From positions 301,010,001 to 301,074,000 of the forward strand of contig OZ024742.1 in assembly GCA_964016885.1 (NCBI GenBank): DNA of 64,000 nucleotides, given 5' to 3'. Source of the DNA: Eledone cirrhosa. Taxonomy: Eukaryota. Position numbers and translations under genes: made by a program. Shown here one piece after another: positions 56,126 through 64,000 of this stretch. Numbering within the stretch: the first letter of the stretch is position 1; each line of letters starts with the position of its first letter. The notes under the pieces are model-generated. The model did not search any database. It saw only the letters and a list, made by a program, of their open reading frames with translations, and was not told where the DNA came from.

Positions 56126-57124
56126 GTGAGATATTCATCAGTCAGGTTGGCTGAAGAAAATTACATTTTTCTTAACTCCACCTCATTCTGCCCTTACCTC
56201 CTTATCATTGCTATATATATATCAACCAATATTATTAAGGATGAAAGGCAAAGCTAACCTCGGAGGGATTTGAACTCAGAACATAAAGAGCAGTAACAAT
56301 ATGCCACAAATCATTTTGTCCGACACTCTACAATAAGGGTGGTGGATTGGCATATCGGTAGAGCGTTGTGGTATATTGTTACTGCACTTTACATTCTGAG
56401 TTCAAATCCCACCGAGGTTAGCTTTCCTTTTCATCCTGACAGGGTCAATAAAATAAAGCACCATTAATGCACTGGGGTTGATTTAATCGACTTTCCCCTC
56501 CCCCAAAATTGCTGGCCTTGTGCCTAAATCAAAAACCATTATTATTGGATTGGCGGTATCAGTATTGTGTCAGAAGAAATGCTTTGCAGCATAGAGTTAC
56601 GTACCTTTACATTCTGAGTTCCAATACTGCCAAGGTTAGCTTTGCCTTTCATCCTTATGGGGTCGATTTAATCAACTTCCCCTACCTAAAATTGTTGGCC
56701 GTGTGCCTAAATCAGAAACCATTGTTGATAACACAAATTTTACAGATTTTATTTTGTTTCTAACTGAGACAAACTCAGAGGATACAGAGCCAAAAGAGAT
56801 ACCAGAAATATCAAGGTAGACACACTAATAATTCCTCCAATTCACCGCCATGTTCTGCTACTTTATTTATTGACCCTTCAAAAGATGAGAGGCAAACCGG
56901 AACTAAAAGCTCAGAGTGTCAGAACAAAACTATGAGGCATTTAATCTGATGTTGAAAAGACTGTCAATTCGCTGTGAAACATAAAAACGAATATTTCTGT
57001 GGTGGAAAAAACTAGTTCAAAAGAAATTATACAAACTTCTTTATGGAAGCTTCCTATATCTGTTTTGTTAACAGTCATGAGTATTGTTAAGAAAATATAC
57101 AGTATATATATAAAACTATATATA

Positions 57125-57424
57125 GAATATCTATCAATCTATCTAGCTTTCTGTCTATCTATCTAACTATCTAAATATCTATCTATCTGCCTACCTGTCT
57201 GTCTGTTTGCCTATCTACCTATCTAAATATATATATATATCTCTATCTATCTATCTATCTATCTGCCTTCCTATCTATCTATCTGTCTGTCAGTCTGCCT
57301 TTGTGTCTATCTATCTGCCTGCCTGTCTATCTATCTGTCTGCCTATCTATCTATCTGCCTGCCTGTCTATCTATCTGTCTGCCTATCTCTATATCTGCCT
57401 GCCTGCCTATCTATCTATCTATCT
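57125..57424. repeat. Compound (TATC)n/(TGTC)n/(TGCC)n microsatellite, continuing at 63073-63150
   Basis: Direct inspection. Confidence 0.95.
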
Positions 57425-60400
57425 CGATAGACGTGTGCCAGTTCGCTGGTAAGTTTTTGTTGATTTTCTACGTAAGAAATCAAAAATTTATTTAAGTCGT
57501 TTGGAAGCCTCGACAATGCAGATGGGTAAATCTCCAGGTAACAAGATCCGGTGGTGGAGAGAGAGATGTAAGTGGGTGTACGTTGAGATGTGTGGCGTGA
57601 AGAAGACTGTAGCGTGTAGAAGAATGTAGGAAAGAGCGTAAAGGATAAAAATAAAAATAAAAACACGAGATAGAGTTACCTTGGGAGAGATTTAATTGTC
57701 CCTATATATTTCGGATTCACATCCATCAACTGGGGGTTTTTTCCGGAGGGGAAGGTTGTCGGAAAGGTGCGAAACGTGTCCTCCGCTGTTCGTTGTTTTG
57801 AATTTATTGTTAAATTTGATACTGTTTTATAGCTTGACCCCACGTCTGGACCTTCAGACAGTGGGTCAACTCATCTTCACCCCTCCCTGGGGTGAAATAT
57901 TCGTTTGAAAAATTGTAAACAAAATTTTGCATTCAGTCCAGTACTAGAAGTGGTGGGGAGGCAGTAAGAGTGTTAAGCTCGCAGTCATCTCATCTCACCA
58001 CCTCATTGAAAGACGTTGAGAATGGCGTGGGGTTTGAAAGGCACGAAGCCAATAGCATGAAAGGGTTGAATGGCATCAACCAGAACAACAACAACAGCGA
58101 CAACAGGAACAGCAACAGCAACAATGATGACAACAGCAGCAACAGTAATGACAACAACACCAACAAGAACAACTCCACAAACAAGAAAAAAAAGGTTTCG
58201 TTCGAACAAACTGTCCAAAAGACAGAACTATATACACAGATTGACATCTCTAATGGCGGATAATTGCTAAGAGATGCCAAGCAATACGTAACTTTTGGGA
58301 AGAATGGCGCTTTTAGCATCACTTCTCCCCAAGAATTGCGTAGAGAAACTGTCCTGAAAACTATAGTTTTCAGAACAATCTCAAACACCACCAGAAAACC
58401 AGCTCAATTAATGCAAAATAAAATTGAGCTGGTTCTAAGAAACTCAATAAAAGATATCACCTTCATACAGAAGGGAAAACTCTTCGGGAGTTTATCAATA
58501 ATAATGAAAGACCAATTGACGGCACAGAAATATACTATGTCACCAATTATGTCCCCCCTCTACACCTTTTTCCCCACATATATGGGAAAAAGAACCCCAA
58601 AAATAAGGGTAACGAGTATCACACCAAATGTAAATATCTGGTGGATATTGAGTGGCTTAATCAACTTTGATCAATACACAATAATTTCGGTAGGAAAGTC
58701 CTCCAGGAGCATATTTAATGGTACTAGCTTAAAAGTTCTAGTCCAAATGAGGCCAGAACGAATAGCTAGAATCCCACGTGTGCCTCTGGATGGAGTTTCC
58801 TACATAAACATTTCTGTTGAGGGTAGGCGGCCTTCATGTTACCACTGTTTAAGCAGTAGTCACCTGAGGGCTTCCTGTCCTCAATTATCTGCGATTAAAA
58901 AAAGGGCACTACTGCCAACACAACCACTACCACCACAGCAACAACAACAACAACACACAAAACAAACCAACTGCAAACACACTCCCACCCAACCCCTCCC
59001 CACCTAAGAAAACTCCAAAAACACCCACAACCACAACAGCTCCCCAATACGTACCCCTCCCCAATCACACAGACACCACAACGGATGAGGCCCCCTCATC
59101 ATCACTCAGTGATGATGAGGGAGAACCCCTCCGCTCCAAAAAAAAAAGAAAAAAAGACAACACGAACAAAAAGGCAACAAACACACAACCACCAACATAA
59201 ACAACACAAACATTACAAACAAAAATCCCCCCTCCCAAAAACAAAACGACAACACTCCAAACACAAACACCCACAACAAAACGAAAACACACACAACACA
59301 ACAAAAATATTATACATACATAAACATTGACAATAAAACCTTGTTGGAGGTCATCTCCAAAAACCCTTCCGTGGAAACCGAAGGAAAATATTGTACCAAA
59401 TGTATAGACAAACCTAATTTAAGGATGATTAGGGTCCCTACGGACACCTAGAAGTCCTTAAAGGAAAACATTATTGAGGACGTGGGGAATACGTGTGTTA
59501 AACCAACAAACCACATCCTCTTGAAATGTTTCCCCACCCCAGACACCCCCTCCCCACCAAATATCTCCGTCCTCACCCCGCCAGAAACCACCACCCTACC
59601 AAACAACCCCTGCAACACCCCCATGAACATTGTGTAGCCTGGTCTCCAGGAAGCGAGGAGGTGAGTGAATTCTTTCCTCTTCTTTTCTAACTCTTCCTCA
59701 CCAACATGGCCAATATAAGAGTCGGTTGTGTGAATGTGCGCGGCCTGGGGATGTCCTGGAAATAGGGCAAACTCTTAAACGACCCCAGGTCGCACGGTAT
59801 GGATATGGCAGTCATTTGCGAGTCCAGGATCCACAGCGATCGGCAGCTGGTCCCCATCTTTGACGACTTTGAGATCTACGCATCTCTCTGTCAGGTGGGG
59901 GTGGGGTTGCCGTTTTTCTGCGGAAACACCTGGACCTCGTGACACAGACGGTACATCTGGACCCGGAGGGTCGACTGGTGGTCCTAGACATCAGCAGTAG
60001 TGAAGGTGGAGCCTTCAGACTGGTGGCCGTATATGCCCCATCCGGGACATTGCAGCCAGACTTCTTCAAACATCTGGAGACTTTTCTGGGAACATCACGC
60101 TCCTTGCTTTTAGTGGGGAACTGGAATGGAATCCTAGATGCACGTTGGGATTATGTGGGAGCATGTCCCGATAGAGAGGGGTGTAACAGCCTCAAACAGT
60201 TAATCGGCCAATTTCAACTGGCCGATAGATACCAACTAGATTTCCCGACTGCGCCACTGTGGACGTGGACGAACCGCAGCAGGACATCTAGATCGTACTT
60301 AGATAGGTTTCTAATTAGAGATAGGGACATATTAAGCTGTCCACACATGTTCATGGTTGCCTATTCAGATCACAAACTAGTGACCTGTGTAGTCAACTTT

Positions 60401-63072
60401 GATAGAACCCATAGGCAGGGACCCGGCTACTGGAAGCTGAACCTGTCGTTACCAACACGTAAAGCATACAGAGTCGGATTAGCACTTTAGTTAAACAGCA
60501 ATTGTCAACAACAGGTGGTGGTGCTATCTTGAGAGAGCAATTAGATTTGAATCGATAGGCTTTAGTAAAGAACTAGCGTTAGACAGGAATAAGACTGAAA
60601 AAGAACTGGTAGATAAAGTAGAAGAGGTGATTAGGAGTGGCAGCGTAGCTAACGTGCTAGCGACAAGAACGGCCCTGAACCAGTTCTTCGACGCAAAGCA
60701 CGAAGGCTGCGTTGTCAGGAGTAAAACACGTGCTCTGGGAAACGAGGGAGCCAAAGCTGTTAGCTGGGCCTGAGTGACAGAGGCTGAGATAAGGGACGCG
60801 CTGAGCCAATGCGGCAAATGCAAATCGCCAGGTCTCGACGGTCTACTCTACGAATTTTACGTAGCAATGCCAGACTTGTTCTCCGGTCTCCTCGAAGTGG
60901 TCTACTGCAACTGGCAACAGAACGAGAGAATTCCCAATTCTGTGACCAAGGGCGTAGTCACGCTGGTCAGGAAGGACGAGAACAAGGGGGACAACATTAA
61001 TAACTTCAGGCCCATAACTCTGCTAAACACAGTGTTACAGATTTTGACCAACCTTAGCAAAGAGGCTGGTATTGTCGTCGAAAACCTGGTGGGAGAAGCG
61101 CAGACATGCGCAATCCCAACCAGGTCCATACACGACAACCTCCACCTCATGCAATACATCGTAGAAAGGGTGGGGTGTGAACCCAGCTTTGGTGGGGCAC
61201 TGATAAATTTGGATCAGTCTAAAGCATTCGAGAGAGTCGACCATAATTACCTGGATGCGGTGCTCGCGGCGGCAGGCTTCGGACCCGTGTTCAGGGACTG
61301 GATTGCTGCCATGCACAGCAGCAACAGCTGCTCAAGGGTCAAGGTGAATGGCTACCTCTCGGAGCCGTTCCAATGCCCTCTCTCCTCCCTTCTGTACGTA
61401 CTGACTCTCGAGCTACTACTGCGGAAGTTGGAGCTACTGCAGGGCATCCCATTGGAACCGGGACTGCGAAAAGCGACATCGGCCTACGCCGACGGAGTGA
61501 CAGTGATAGTGTCGAGCACCTCGCAAATTGGGGAAGTCGGCACCTTACTGAAGGAATACGAAAGGTTCACAGGAGCGAAGCTGAGCCGGGATAAGTCCGT
61601 CGGTTTGCAACTCGGATCATGGAGAAGCAAACCGATGCCTTCTGACGGTGTCGTCGGACATTAGATGGAGGGACCAGTGAAGCTGTTCGGGGTCTGGTTC
61701 GGACTGGAACGAGGTGACGGCCAAGGTGTTTGCGCTCGCCCAGAAGTGGGCCGAGTGCAAACTATGAAAGGTCGAGCGGAGGTGGCGAACACTTTCATAG
61801 CGTCTGTCATCTACTACTGCTTGACTGTCGTGCCTTGTCCACGTAAAACGCTCACCAAAATGGAGCGTGCGCGCTCTTCCAATTCCTTTGGAAGAAGTGG
61901 GCTCCTTTGGTGAGAAGATCCATCTGCTGTCAACACCCTTCAAACGGAGGTCTGGGGATGCCGTGGCTGACGATGCGCAAACACGCACTCAGGCTGCGGT
62001 ACCTCCACGTATTCCTCACCGAACAACCGGTGTGGGCCCCGTTCGTGAGGCGAGCCTTCCCGCGACTCGTCTCGCTGACCGAGCTGCAGTCCTGGGTCAA
62101 GCAAAGACCGAGGAAAATGGGTGACTGGCACATTGAATGTGTTCAGGCGCTCTCAGTCCTCTGGCAAACGAACCCAGCGATCAGTGGAGACTTCACCTCA
62201 TCATTCTATAAAGGGTTAGTCCACAGCAAGTGCGACGACACTCTCGGAGAAACTCTAGGCGTAGAGGAAGACGAACTGGCCAGTCTGTTCGGTAGGACAT
62301 TCCGCCCAGGACCGATGGACAACTTCCACAAGTCCCTGGCCTGGCAGTGCTACCGAGGAGCTCTACCCATTCAAGACACGGGCGCCCCGGCAGGGATCCC
62401 TCGAAAAAGATCTGTCCAAGATGCGTGCGGGACAAGGAAACCGTCGCGCATTCGTACACTGCCCAGGCGTTACCGACCTGTGGAGCTATGCAGAATGATT
62501 ACTGTCACGGGTGGGACAAATCTGGTTGACCACTGAGTCCATTATTGCGATCAAACCGTCACCTTCCTTCAACAACAAAGGAGAGGCGGTTTTCCTCTGT
62601 GTAATGGCTATGGTGAAACAGGCTATATGGTGGACGAGACTGAAAGGGCTGAGGTCAGACACCTTTCTCTCCGGCGAACAACTGGTTCGCTTCTTCAAAT
62701 ATCATTTTAGAAGAAGAATCAGAGTGGAGAGAGAGGTGCTGCACCACAGCAAATTTTACGAAAGGTGGGTGAATGTGGCAAGGATGGCCCGAGTGGGTGG
62801 GCCTTCTCTCTATATAAACCTGTAGGTTGATGAAAAAGAGGAAGGGACCGCTCACTCTTCGTGCTGCTGGAGATGAGGGTTGTACATTTTTTTGTGGTGT
62901 GTACAACCCATGTGTAACGCCTCCCCCCTTATTGGGGATTTCGATTGTTAAATTTAATATAATTGTTATTAATTCTTTTTTTCTTTACACGCCTGTATGT
63001 AAACTCCCCACTATATGTATGTATTTGTATTTGTCCCCATCTTTTTGCACCCTTGTGGCAAATAAAGAAATA
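57425..63072 (+). mobile_element. Near full-length but decayed L1/Tx1-clade LINE (related subfamily)
   Basis: ORF1 57970-59007 (one stop at 58261) with CCHC knuckle CYHCLSSSHLRASC; ORF2 from ATG 59706 (MANIRVGCVNVRGL) with stops, frameshifts and a ~220-bp deletion near 60783; flanked by (TATC)n. Confidence 0.9.
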
Positions 63073-64000
63073 TATCTATCTATCTATCTGCATGTCTATC
63101 TATCTGTCTGCCTATCTATCTATATATCTGCCTGTCTATCTATATATATGTGTGTGTGTGTGTATGTGTATAATCTGGGTGCTGGTTTTTCACCAAGAAA
63201 CAATAGATGATTATCTCAGCTCCACTTTGATGGATGTTGTTGCTGGTGTCACTGCAAAATAGACGGTCTACATTTTATTCTGATTCTGTTTCTTGTAGAA
63301 TACTATGGACACCATTGTACACTGGAAATTAATCACATTAACTGCTGTCGTATCTTTCTACACTATCTTGTTGTTGTATAGCCCATGGTCAACCTTCATC
63401 AAGAAGACCTATGATATATGACATTCCATGCATGACCATCCCATCTTTTGAGGAGTATGTCTAGCACTACCTAATCAAATATGTCCTTTTCTTAAGACAT
63501 TAAGGTGCAATTTGAAGGTAATATGGCTGCTATTTCTAGCAGGTTGAGTGACTATGTGAAGCTTCTCTTGTTAGTTCATTCTTAGTTGTTTGTCAACTTA
63601 GGTTTGACCAGTTAAATCACAAGTTCATAAATAATTGAACTGGAACATTGGCCAGAGGCTAAACAAACCAGTGAGCCATTTGGCTTCTTTAATGAACACT
63701 TATGGTCATTTAATAAACCTTTAGAGTCCTTTTATGAGCCTTTAAAATCCTGCTGTAAGAGAGAGGAAGACGAACAATGAATTGTAGAGGATGATTGGAA
63801 TAGAACCAGTGATTAATGTTGTGAAGAAATATGGAATGAGATGGTTGGGTCATGTTTTGAGGAAGGATGAAAGTAACAGTGAGAGAAGTGATGGAAATGA
63901 ATGTGGGAGGAAGTCAAGAAAAGGGAACACCAAGAAAGACATGGGTATTGATGATAGAATGGGAAATGAAAAATAGGGGGTTGGTGGAGGAGGGATGCAG

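Noticed and set aside
63290-63340. Next HEXDC exon after ttcttgtag
   Set aside because: The required frame hits TAA within 12 codons and shows no HEXD similarity

Overview
Repeat-rich animal genomic DNA. The SINE/LINE complement and (GAT)n/(TA)n tracts suggest a mollusc, probably an octopus-like cephalopod (inference). Two intron-rich genes lie head-to-head. COPS3/CSN3 is on the minus strand (ATG at 30270; 12 exons reconstructed down to 966; one expected exon probably lies in the 200-N gap; 3' end outside the window). A HEXDC-like GH20 hexosaminidase D is on the plus strand (ATG 36473; 12 exons to 56125; 3' end outside the window). The introns hold two near-identical inverted RTE-clade LINEs (one with an intact 991-aa EN-RT ORF), two L1/Tx1-clade LINEs both sitting in (TATC)n microsatellites, CR1 3' ends, a deleted DD37D Tc1/mariner, a Tigger relic, piggyBac-type and mariner MITEs, tRNA-derived SINEs and a 50-bp minisatellite. 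Most notable: a minimal type I hammerhead ribozyme in a ~320-bp (TA)n-flanked element; repeated tandem 'echo' duplications of exon/intron junctions in both genes; apparent (GATA)n-targeting Tx1 elements; an RTE whose endonuclease motif I lies behind a single in-frame stop; and a 58-bp hairpin. Most short ORFs in the supplied track are spurious.
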